A stretch of DNA of 37,787 nucleotides from positions 1-37,787 of the forward strand of contig JBFMAY010000041.1 in assembly GCA_040755455.1 (NCBI GenBank), given 5' to 3'. Source of the DNA: Thermodesulfobacteriota bacterium (GTDB lineage: Bacteria > Desulfobacterota > Desulfobulbia > Desulfobulbales > SURF-16). Below, in pieces: positions 28,116 to 36,405 of this stretch. The first letter of the stretch is position 1. Every line of letters begins with the position of its first letter. The notes beneath the pieces were generated by a model that had not been told where the DNA came from, did not search any database, and was given only the letters and a program-made list of their open reading frames with translations. The translations under genes were made by a program, and so were the position numbers.

Positions 28116-28260
28116 GTTGCAAAACGAAACGCATGCAGCTCATCAGCAACAAGCCGGTAATCCCTTGTTTATTCCCATGATTTTTTATGCACTGCCATCG
28201 CAGATGCACATTGCAACATAGCTGAACACCCTCCACAGCCCTGTGGTTGCATACTGCAAC
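28116..28260. promoter_or_regulatory. three putative enhancer (bEBP) boxes GTTGCA-N3-TGCAAC
   Basis: GTTGCAaaaCGAAAC (28116), GATGCAcatTGCAAC (28203), GTTGCAtacTGCAAC (28246). Confidence 0.6.
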
Positions 28261-28394
28261 AAAATACAATTGCACATACAACACGTCCGTTTTGCTGCGC
28301 ATTGTGGTGAGCACAAGAAAACAATACAGGAGACCCTCTTTTCCCTGATTACCGGCTCAGGTGCCGGCATGGCAAAGCACCTGGGACAACATGT

Positions 28395-28407
28395 CAACAT
28401 GTTGATA
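28395..28407 (-). promoter_or_regulatory. IHF binding site
   Basis: Minus strand TATCAACATGTTG = WATCAANNNNTTR, with adjacent AT-rich tract, between enhancer boxes and sigma-54 promoter. Confidence 0.65.
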
Positions 28408-28503
28408 TAATTAATTAAATTATAGAAAACGCCACGATTGATCCTGCTGGAAACCTGCCCGGCAACCATAGCCCCGCTAGCCCCACGAAAAAATCTCGGC
28501 AAA

Positions 28504-28519
28504 TGGCACGCTAGATGCA
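28504..28519 (+). promoter_or_regulatory. sigma-54 -24/-12 promoter of small membrane protein-TauE operon
   Basis: TGGCACGCTAGATGCA; GG-N10-GC. Confidence 0.75.
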
Positions 28520-28794
28520 AAACCATGGCAGCAAACCGGCATCCAGCCCAAACTCCTTGCAAAGTTGACAGTCCCGCAACCATTGACGAAACAGCCGGGC
28601 GGGCAACTGCTTCGCGACTTCTCGCCAACAGGGCAACCCGCCCCATGGAGGCGGGGCGCGGCAAAATGGGCGTAACGAATGCAACGGTGGAACGCTACCG
28701 CAGGCCCCCGCACGGCCAGCTGGTCTTGCATGCAATGAAACCGTCCAGGAAGGGCGGTAATTATTCAATTTTAGAAGTGGGGTAAGATTATCCA

Positions 28795-29031
28795 ATGGCA
28801 ACACAGCAGAAAAAAACAAAACCGTATCTGAGCACCGTTATCTTCGGGGCGATTTCCATCTCATTTTATGTCCTCCTGTTCAGCAATGAGACACTGGTCA
28901 CCGATACCTATACCAAGGGCGGCATCTACACCCTCTATCCAATAGGAACGGTCTTCCTCTTTTCCTTTATCCATGGGGCCTTTGCCAGCAACCTGCTGAA
29001 CCTGCTCGGCATCGAGGCCAAAAAAAAATAA
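28795..29031 (+). CDS. small two-TM membrane protein associated with TauE exporter
   Basis: 78 aa, KKTKPY..T.IFGAIS..., YTKGG...FLFSFIHGAFASNLL; immediately upstream of the TauE gene. Confidence 0.8.
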   Translation: MATQQKKTKPYLSTVIFGAISISFYVLLFSNETLVTDTYTKGGIYTLYPIGTVFLFSFIHGAFASNLLNLLGIEAKKK

Positions 29032-29075
29032 CCCATGCTTTGCCGCAATCATCATCTATACGAGGAGTTAATACA

Positions 29076-30425
29076 ATGAAGAGGTTTGTCTTAGCCGTAC
29101 TGTTTTCCCTGTTTCTCTTGCCCCTGGCAAGTGTTGTTTTTGCCGCCGGCGGGGCCGGGCCAGACAAGAGCATGCTGAAGGGCGTGTTCACCGAGATCAA
29201 CGAAGCGGCCCATACCGCTGTTCTGCAGAAGGATGGCACAGAGGAGTTTAAGAACCTGATCATCGGCGAGCATGTCAAGGTGGAGAGCCTTCGCCTAGGT
29301 AAAAAGGTGCTGGTCAGCCTGGACCATAATGCCGGCGAGAACGTGATCAAGGATGTGTCCATCATGTTCATGGACATGACCTTGAAAAAATTGTTTGCCC
29401 TCCTGACGGTCGGCCTGGTGGGCGGCATCCTGAGCGGCTTTATCGGATCAGGCGGGGCCTTTGTTCTCACCCCGGCCATGATGTCCCTGGGCGCCCCCGG
29501 CGCCGTGGCCGTGGCCAGCAACATGTGCCACAAGTTTCCCAAGGCCATGATCGGCACCTACAAACGCTGGAAATATGGCCAGGTTGACGTGAAACTGGCC
29601 GCCACCATGGCCACCACCGCCATCATCGGCGTCCAGATCGGCGTGCAGATCCAGAAACACATCCTCAATAAATGGGGTAACGATGGCTCAAACCTCTATG
29701 TAAGCGCTGTTTTTGTGGTCGTCCTGATCCTGGTCGGCTGCTATGTCGCCCTGGACGCTTACAAGCTTGCCAAGGGCGGGAAAGATACCCCAGAACAGGC
29801 CTCGACCCTGGCCATGGCCATGCAGAAGATCAATATCCCGCCGATGATGAATTTCAAGGTGGCCAAGGTGCGGATCTCCGCCTGGGTAACCATCCCGGTT
29901 GGTCTGCTCACCGGCATGCTGGCGGCCACCATTGCCGTGGGCGGCTTTATCGGCGTGCCCGGTATGATCTATGTGATCGGCGCCTCAGCCATGGTGGCCA
30001 GTGCCACAGAGCTGGGTATCGCCTTCGTCATGGGACTGTGGGGCTCAATCCAGTGGGGCCTGAGCGGTCTTATCGATATCCGCCTGTCCGTCCTGCTCCT
30101 GGCCACCTCCCTGATCGGCGTGCAGCTCGGGGCGCTTGGCACCACCTATGTCAAGGACTATGTGATCAAGATCACCATGGCAGCCACCATGCTCATCGTG
30201 GCGGTCAGCCGCGGGGCTCTGCTTCCCGGCTATCTTGCCAAGTTCGGCCTCGTGGACCAGCTTGCTCCGTCCACCGCGGTCTTCCTGGAGAGCTTAAGCT
30301 TCTGGGCCCTTGTTGCCGCCCTCGGCACTGCCGGTTTGATCAGCACCGGCGCCATGGTCAAGGGTATGCTTGCCGACAGGAAAGAGACCAAACTGCACAT
30401 CGTCGCAGAAGCAGACCGGGCCTAA
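29076..30425 (+). CDS. sulfite exporter TauE/SafE family protein with N-terminal exported domain
   Basis: GILSGFIGSGGAFVLTP, AVASNMCHKFPKA, G.VD.KLA, second repeat GMLAATIAVGGFIGVP; RBS GAGGAG before ATG 29076. Confidence 0.9.
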   Translation: MKRFVLAVLFSLFLLPLASVVFAAGGAGPDKSMLKGVFTEINEAAHTAVLQKDGTEEFKNLIIGEHVKVESLRLGKKVLVSLDHNAGENVIKDVSIMFMDMTLKKLFALLTVGLVGGILSGFIGSGGAFVLTPAMMSLGAPGAVAVASNMCHKFPKAMIGTYKRWKYGQVDVKLAATMATTAIIGVQIGVQIQKHILNKWGNDGSNLYVSAVFVVVLILVGCYVALDAYKLAKGGKDTPEQASTLAMAMQKINIPPMMNFKVAKVRISAWVTIPVGLLTGMLAATIAVGGFIGVPGMIYVIGASAMVASATELGIAFVMGLWGSIQWGLSGLIDIRLSVLLLATSLIGVQLGALGTTYVKDYVIKITMAATMLIVAVSRGALLPGYLAKFGLVDQLAPSTAVFLESLSFWALVAALGTAGLISTGAMVKGMLADRKETKLHIVAEADRA

Positions 30426-30471
30426 GATCACCGGTCCGTCATGACGAACGGCTCAACCTTGCATGACTAAT

Positions 30472-30505
30472 GCCCTTGCCGGCAGGACAATCTGCCGGCA
30501 AGGGC
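30472..30505 (+). terminator. 14-bp perfect hairpin between tauE and phosphatase gene
   Basis: GCCCTTGCCGGCAG-gacaat-CTGCCGGCAAGGGC, only a weak U tract follows. Confidence 0.55.
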
Positions 30506-30585
30506 TCTTGCAGCAAAAAAACACAACGGAAGAAGTTGACGGCTTCCCGGATTGAAGGCAGGCCGGAGCGGATGGAGAGGGAATC

Positions 30586-31248
30586 ATGACCTTGACAAGC
30601 GGCAAAATATTTGCGATCGGCGATATCCACGGTTCCTACCCCAAGCTGCGTGGCCTGCTGGACCGCCTGCCCTACACCCCGGGCCGGGACCGGCTGGTCT
30701 TCCTCGGGGATTATCTTGATAGAGGACCGGATTCGGCCAAGGTGCTCGACCTTCTCTGCGAGCTGAAGGGGCGTGAGCCGGACACCATCGCCCTGCTCGG
30801 CAACCATGAATACCTGCTCCTGGAATACTACCGCAGCGGCGATCCGATTCTGCTGCCCTACCTGCGGGGGATGGGCCTTGATGCGACCCTGGACAGTTAC
30901 GGGCCGCGCAGCACCACCAATCTCCAGACCTTAAGTTTTCTGCCGCAGGAACACCTGGCCTTTCTGCTGTCCCTGTTGCCTTACTGGGAAAGCCCTTATT
31001 ACATCTTTGTCCACGCCGGCCTTGAACCGAATATCCCCCTGGCCGCCAATGACCTGCCAACCCTTTGCGAGGCGCGGGACACCTTCATCGCCCTTGACCA
31101 TGATTTCGGCAAAAAGGTCATCTTCGGCCACACGCCTTTCGAGCTGCCGTACGTCACTGCCACCAAGATAGGCATTGACACCGGCGCCATGTACGATAAC
31201 CTCCTTACCGCCATCCAATTGCCGGATGAGATGTTTTTTCACGCCTGA
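30586..31248 (+). CDS. PPP-family metallophosphoesterase (Ser/Thr protein phosphatase-like)
   Basis: GDIHG, GDYLDRG, GNHE, HAG, GHTP, IDTG motifs. Confidence 0.92.
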   Translation: MTLTSGKIFAIGDIHGSYPKLRGLLDRLPYTPGRDRLVFLGDYLDRGPDSAKVLDLLCELKGREPDTIALLGNHEYLLLEYYRSGDPILLPYLRGMGLDATLDSYGPRSTTNLQTLSFLPQEHLAFLLSLLPYWESPYYIFVHAGLEPNIPLAANDLPTLCEARDTFIALDHDFGKKVIFGHTPFELPYVTATKIGIDTGAMYDNLLTAIQLPDEMFFHA

Positions 31249-33848
31249 TTCCTGTTGCCGGCAAGTTCCTCCTGCAGCCCCGATAACTGGTAATCGCCGT
31301 CAAGAAAGGCTCGGGCCACCCGGGAGATAAGTTCATCCCGGCGCATGACCGCATCCAGCAGCCGAGAAAAACCAAGAATCCTGCCGATCACCTTTAGCTT
31401 TTCCTCAATCACCTCGGCAGCCCCCCCTTGAATTGCCGCGGCCAGCAGGTCGTCGCGCAGGTCGCAGAAAAAACCGGTGGCAATGAGAATCTCAGCCAGG
31501 CAGCGGACCCGGCGATTGCGCTGTTCCAGGCTGGTGCCGCCGCCCTTGAAACGGAATTTGATGTAGTTGAGACGGGAGTCGATGCCGCAGATGGCATCCA
31601 CCATGGTGAAATGGAAATCCATGCGGGCGTTAAGATTCAAGAAATCGCGGGTTACCAGGGCATAGTTGGGCAGGCCGATGGGGCGGGCGGAGCGGTGGTC
31701 GGTGAGAAAGCGGGAGACAACCGAACCCACGGCCACCCCGCCGGCCGGTCCCCAGTTGAGCCCCGGCGTGGCGACCCCATCCCAGAGGGCGGTGAAGGGC
31801 CGTGACAGCACCTGTTTCGGCTGCACCCGCCGTCCGCTGCCGGGCAGCAGGCCGCCGCCCAGATCGATGAGGGACACGAAAAAGGGCACCTCGCTCTCCA
31901 GATGAAAGATCACCCCGGATGCCTGCTCAACCGCCTCGTCACCTGCCTCGAACATGGCCAGCACCGCCTTCTCGTGGGCATAGCGGACCAGATCATGGAT
32001 GGTCCGGCATTCGGCAATGGAAAAGGTCGGCCCATAGGCATCGGTCAGGTTAAGGGGGACAATGTGGTCATAGAGCACGGCCGCCAACGGATCTTCAGGG
32101 CGGGGCGCCCGGTCTTTCCAGGTGGCTATTTTCTGCAGATGGAGTTGCCGGTGGCGGGCAATTTCCTGACCGGTGGCCGTAAAAATCAGACCTCGCTCCC
32201 CATCCACCAGCAGCGGTTCTCCGTCACGCAACTGGCTGGTGGCGCGCTGCAGCCCGGTCAGCATGGGCACCTCGTACTCCCGGGCCACGCAGGAGAGATG
32301 GTCGGCCGGATTACCCAGGTCAACCAGGATGGCCGCGGTCTGGGACAGGACACTCACCGCCTCCACCAGGCTCTGATGCATGACCAGCACATAGGGCGGG
32401 CTGGTCAGCCCGGCCAGATCCTGCCGGGTGCTGATGAGCCTGACCTGGCCAGCGCCCCGGCCGGGTGAGGCGACCTGACCGGGGGCCATCAGGGGCTGCC
32501 GGCTGTCCCACTCCTCAATATCCGCCGGGCTGCCGGGCTTCACCTTCAACGGCCGGGACTGGAGGAAGATCACCTGGCCCTGCCGGTCCACCGCCCACTC
32601 CACATCCTGCGGCCCGCCCAACTGCTCCTCCGCCGCCAGACCGAGACGGACCATGGTCATGATTTCATGCTCATCCAGCACCGGGGTTTCAGCGGCCTCA
32701 GCCTCCAGTTCCTCTTCCTTCACCCCGCCCTCTCCGGCGCTGACCAGCCGGCGGGTTTTGCGCACCACCTGACTTTCTCCGGGCCCCGACCCGTCGCGGA
32801 ACGGATGGTAGACGTCCGCCGCCGCGCTGCCGCCCACCGCCAGTTCGCCCAGCCCGTAGACCGCGGTGATCAGCATCCTGTTGCTCGCGCCGAAGTTCGG
32901 GTCCCTGGTAAAAAGGATGCCGGCCGCGCGCACATCCACCATCTCCAGGCAGAGGATGGCCAGGTCAAACTCATAGGGGGGGAGCCCGGCATGCCGCCGG
33001 TAGGCGAGGTTGCGGACGTTAAAGGCGCTGGCCACCACCTTCCTAAAGGCATCCACCAGCTGGTCAGCGGTTTTCACATTGAGGACGGAGATGTACTGGC
33101 CGGCAAAGGAATGGGCCAGGGTGTCCTCACCCACGGCGCTGCTTCGCACCGCAAGCCCCCTGCCCTGGACAAAGACAGGGGCGGCGGCCGCGGCCATGGC
33201 GCTTTCCAGCCCGGCCGGCAGCGTGGTGGTCATGATCATCTGCTGCACAGCATCGACGCTTTCCTGGTCAGGCAACCCGTCCCCGCCTTTTTCCCCGGCC
33301 CGCAGCCGGGCGACAATCCGCAGATAGAGATCTTCCTGGTCAAGATAAAGACGGCAGACGGACATGGGGATGACAAAACCGGCCGGCACCGCAAACAGCC
33401 CAACCGACCGTAGTCTGGCGAGGTTGGCGGCCTTGCCCCCCACGGCCCGGTTCATGGCCAATTCCACCTCGTCCAGGGACAGGCAGAAAGGAAACCGCTC
33501 CTCCCGGGGCAGGCGGGCCAGATTCTGCCGGATCGATTGCGCCAGCTGCGCCTGTCTGCCAAGCAGACCGGCGTAGCCGCCATCGGCCAGGTGATCCAGT
33601 TTCTCCACCAGGTCGGCGGTGACCGCCAGCAGTTCATGGATGGTCCCGGTCAGCGCCCCCGGCCAGACAACCGGGGAACGCAGGGAGGCGCCCAGCTCGG
33701 TGATGAGTTCCACCGCCCGATGGTTGTCATCAAGCAGGGTGCGGAACACCTGATAGCGGGCCCGCAGTCTGGCCAGCTGCGCATTGCGCCTCTGCTGCTG
33801 CAGCTCCCGGAGGGAGGAGAGGGGATGAAAGAGCCAGTCGCGCAGCAT
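31239..33848 (-). CDS. PEP synthase/dikinase-like protein B (ATP-grasp + His-swivel + unknown C-terminal domain)
   Basis: VGGKAANL, AVRSSAVGED..SFAGQY, DVEWAVD..FLQSRPL, swivel DLGNPADHLSCVAREY; true start ATG 33848, one base after the stop of the upstream paralogue. Confidence 0.88.
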   Translation of the reverse strand: MLRDWLFHPLSSLRELQQQRRNAQLARLRARYQVFRTLLDDNHRAVELITELGASLRSPVVWPGALTGTIHELLAVTADLVEKLDHLADGGYAGLLGRQAQLAQSIRQNLARLPREERFPFCLSLDEVELAMNRAVGGKAANLARLRSVGLFAVPAGFVIPMSVCRLYLDQEDLYLRIVARLRAGEKGGDGLPDQESVDAVQQMIMTTTLPAGLESAMAAAAAPVFVQGRGLAVRSSAVGEDTLAHSFAGQYISVLNVKTADQLVDAFRKVVASAFNVRNLAYRRHAGLPPYEFDLAILCLEMVDVRAAGILFTRDPNFGASNRMLITAVYGLGELAVGGSAAADVYHPFRDGSGPGESQVVRKTRRLVSAGEGGVKEEELEAEAAETPVLDEHEIMTMVRLGLAAEEQLGGPQDVEWAVDRQGQVIFLQSRPLKVKPGSPADIEEWDSRQPLMAPGQVASPGRGAGQVRLISTRQDLAGLTSPPYVLVMHQSLVEAVSVLSQTAAILVDLGNPADHLSCVAREYEVPMLTGLQRATSQLRDGEPLLVDGERGLIFTATGQEIARHRQLHLQKIATWKDRAPRPEDPLAAVLYDHIVPLNLTDAYGPTFSIAECRTIHDLVRYAHEKAVLAMFEAGDEAVEQASGVIFHLESEVPFFVSLIDLGGGLLPGSGRRVQPKQVLSRPFTALWDGVATPGLNWGPAGGVAVGSVVSRFLTDHRSARPIGLPNYALVTRDFLNLNARMDFHFTMVDAICGIDSRLNYIKFRFKGGGTSLEQRNRRVRCLAEILIATGFFCDLRDDLLAAAIQGGAAEVIEEKLKVIGRILGFSRLLDAVMRRDELISRVARAFLDGDYQLSGLQEELAGNRNQA

Positions 33849-33849
33849 C

Positions 33850-36405
33850 TTACTTCCCACCTTCGACCGGCACCTTGCCGATGCGGCCGAGGAACTCGCT
33901 GAAAAAATGCTCAATCGCCGCGTCATCAACCATTCTGACATCCAGCTGCCGGGTAAAGGCCACCAGTTCACCCAGATGCACCAGAATACTTTCCAGGTGG
34001 GTGCGTTCGAGCATCTTCACCTTGCCCAGCACCAGATCACCCTTCAGCTCCACCTTGAAATGCAGGCCGGCCAGCACCTGGGAGATCATGACCGCCCGCC
34101 GTTCACGCTTGCCGGCCTCGGCAAAGCCGCCGACAAAACGGAAGTAGACATGATTATCGTCCGATTCATCGGAGAGATAGCAGTCGATGATGTTGAAATG
34201 ATAACCAAGGCGCAGGCTGAGATTGCAGTAATTATCGGCAATGATGGCCAGGTTTTCCCCGCTGTAGGGCGGGGCATTGGTCAGCATGGACAGGGGCCGG
34301 GTGAGTCCGGCAAGGAAATCCCGGATGCCGAAGTGGGCCGGCGCCTGATCCCAGAAACGGGCATCCAGCAGCCCCTGCAGGAGAAAACGCAAGGGGGTGC
34401 TGGTCACCTGCTCCACCGTCACCCGCTTCTCCCCGGAGGCAGCCAGACCGCGGCCGATATCGATGATGCGAAGCTTGATGGGCAGTGCGGTGTCGAGCAG
34501 CGGCGCCCCGCCGCCTGACACCAGCTTGCCCGAGGTATGAAAGCCGACCAGTTCGGCTACCGCCCGTTCATGGCAGAAACGGAGAAAATCATGGATGGTC
34601 TGGCAGTTCTCCATGCGAAAGGCGGCAGAGGCGGGATTGGTCAGGTTCAGCGGGGAAATGAGGCGCAGCAGGCTGCGGAGCAGTGATTCCTCCCTGTTGT
34701 CGGCCAGGGGCGCCAGTCCCGCGGCATGGGGCAGATCGGCCGGCAGCTCCACCCGCCCCTCATACACGGTCCTCGCCTCCACATCAACCATGACCGGAAC
34801 TCCATCCGCCAGCAGCGTGGTGGCCCTTTCCGCCCCGAAAAGGGCCGGGGTCCGGTACTCCCGGGCAATGGTGGCCAGATGGCTGGTCGGACTGCCGATA
34901 TCGGTGATAATCGCCGCGGCCCGCCGGACAATCTCAGCCAAGCGGGGGCTGGCATAATGACTCACTGCGACCCCGCCCACCGGAAAAGTCTCCGAAGAGG
35001 TATCCTCGCTTACCAGCACCACCCGCCCGCCCGCCAGTCCCAGCTGGCAGATATGCCCCCGGTTGGCCATGAGGACGGGCAGTTTCGCCAGTTCCGCGGC
35101 CAGCTGGGCCGGAGTGCGCAGCCCCTTGCGCACCGGCAGCCGCAAAGGACGGGACTGGAGAATCCAGATGCTGCCTTCACTGTCGAGGCACCATTCGATG
35201 TCCTGGGGCGACTCAAAACGTTTTTCCAGTAAAATCCCGTATTCGGCAAGCTGCCTGAGAATTGCCAGCCCCACGACACCCGAACCCCGGCGCAGGCCGC
35301 AGGGCAACTTGGCCATCGGGTCAGGAGCCTTTGCCGCGGCCTCCGGACTGCGGAGCCCGATATTGCTGGCCCGCAGGCCAAAGGGGTGATTGCGCTCGAA
35401 AACAAAGCGATCGCCGCTGTCCCGGCCGGCAACCAGATCTTCTCCCGAACCAGGAACAGCAGAGAGAACCATGGCCTCAGCCGCCGGATTATTCGGGTCG
35501 CGGGTGTACAGGACGCCGCTTGCCTGGGCCGTGACCATGGGTTGCACGACCACCGCCATGGGCGCCGCCTCGGCCGGGGTGCCGCTGTCGAGATAGCGGC
35601 AGATCCGCTCGGAAAAACGGGAGGCCATAACCCGCAGGCAGGCGGACGCCACCTCACCGGCCGGAACATCAAGGAAGGATTGAAACTGCCCGGCAAAACT
35701 GCGCTCACCGTCCTCATCCACCCCGCTGCTCCGTACGGCAAAGCGCTCCGGACGCTGCGGCCCGGAACGCACCTTTTTCAAGGCATGGCTGATGGCGGTG
35801 GCGAGATCATTTGGCAGTTTGGCCCTGGCAAACAGTTCGCCGATGCGGGCGGCCCGCACCGCAGGATCGGCGGATTGGTTAAAGACTTGATTGATGCTGC
35901 GAAAGAGGTCATTGGCCTCCATAAAACGCCGGTAGCCGGTGGTGCTCACCACAAAGCCGACCGGGGACGGCAACTTGAGACTGTTCACCGCCTCGCCGAG
36001 GCTGGCGCCCTTGCCGCCGGCCAGCAGCCGCAGGTCACGGTGGAGGATCTCCCAGTCCAGGACCAGCTGCGGGCCATAAGGACCAGGCCCGCCGGCCAGG
36101 ATATCGGCCAGATGGTCAGCGGTGGTGCTGAAACGTTCGTAGAGAAGATCGTACCGGTCATCGGACATGGCATTGAGGTGGTAGATGACATGCCGGCCCT
36201 TTTCCACAATCTCCGTAGCCGCGTTCTGCAGAAAGGTGCGGTCATAAGCGTATTCTCCGCCAAGCACCCGTTCCAGATCGGCGATTTGTTCCAGAATCTG
36301 GTTATTGATGGTCACGACCCGGCGGAAATGGTTGAACAGGGCGCCAAAGGCATCGGCTGGTGTCCGCCTTCTGACAATCCCTCTGCGCCGCCACAGAGGA
36401 CTCAT
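33850..36405 (-). CDS. PEP synthase/dikinase-like protein A (ATP-grasp + His-swivel + unknown C-terminal domain)
   Basis: AGGKGASL, AVRSSGVDED..SFAGQF, DIEWCLD..ILQSRPL, swivel DIGSPTSHLATIAREY. Confidence 0.9.
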   Translation of the reverse strand: MSPLWRRRGIVRRRTPADAFGALFNHFRRVVTINNQILEQIADLERVLGGEYAYDRTFLQNAATEIVEKGRHVIYHLNAMSDDRYDLLYERFSTTADHLADILAGGPGPYGPQLVLDWEILHRDLRLLAGGKGASLGEAVNSLKLPSPVGFVVSTTGYRRFMEANDLFRSINQVFNQSADPAVRAARIGELFARAKLPNDLATAISHALKKVRSGPQRPERFAVRSSGVDEDGERSFAGQFQSFLDVPAGEVASACLRVMASRFSERICRYLDSGTPAEAAPMAVVVQPMVTAQASGVLYTRDPNNPAAEAMVLSAVPGSGEDLVAGRDSGDRFVFERNHPFGLRASNIGLRSPEAAAKAPDPMAKLPCGLRRGSGVVGLAILRQLAEYGILLEKRFESPQDIEWCLDSEGSIWILQSRPLRLPVRKGLRTPAQLAAELAKLPVLMANRGHICQLGLAGGRVVLVSEDTSSETFPVGGVAVSHYASPRLAEIVRRAAAIITDIGSPTSHLATIAREYRTPALFGAERATTLLADGVPVMVDVEARTVYEGRVELPADLPHAAGLAPLADNREESLLRSLLRLISPLNLTNPASAAFRMENCQTIHDFLRFCHERAVAELVGFHTSGKLVSGGGAPLLDTALPIKLRIIDIGRGLAASGEKRVTVEQVTSTPLRFLLQGLLDARFWDQAPAHFGIRDFLAGLTRPLSMLTNAPPYSGENLAIIADNYCNLSLRLGYHFNIIDCYLSDESDDNHVYFRFVGGFAEAGKRERRAVMISQVLAGLHFKVELKGDLVLGKVKMLERTHLESILVHLGELVAFTRQLDVRMVDDAAIEHFFSEFLGRIGKVPVEGGK

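Noticed and set aside
28625..28730. Possible c-di-GMP-I (GEMM) riboswitch in the TauE leader (GGGCAAcccgcc...ggcgggGCGC..AAA)
   Set aside because: No GNRA tetraloop, no GACGCAAAGC junction and no recognisable P3 half; resemblance only superficial
27823..28819. Several 84-163 aa ORFs in the SLC13-TauE intergenic region
   Set aside because: No RBS or family motifs; region is explained by enhancer, IHF and sigma-54 elements
33849..33971. Track start of the 910-aa ORF at 33971
   Set aside because: Overlaps the upstream paralogue by 122 bp; ATG at 33848 right after its stop is more plausible
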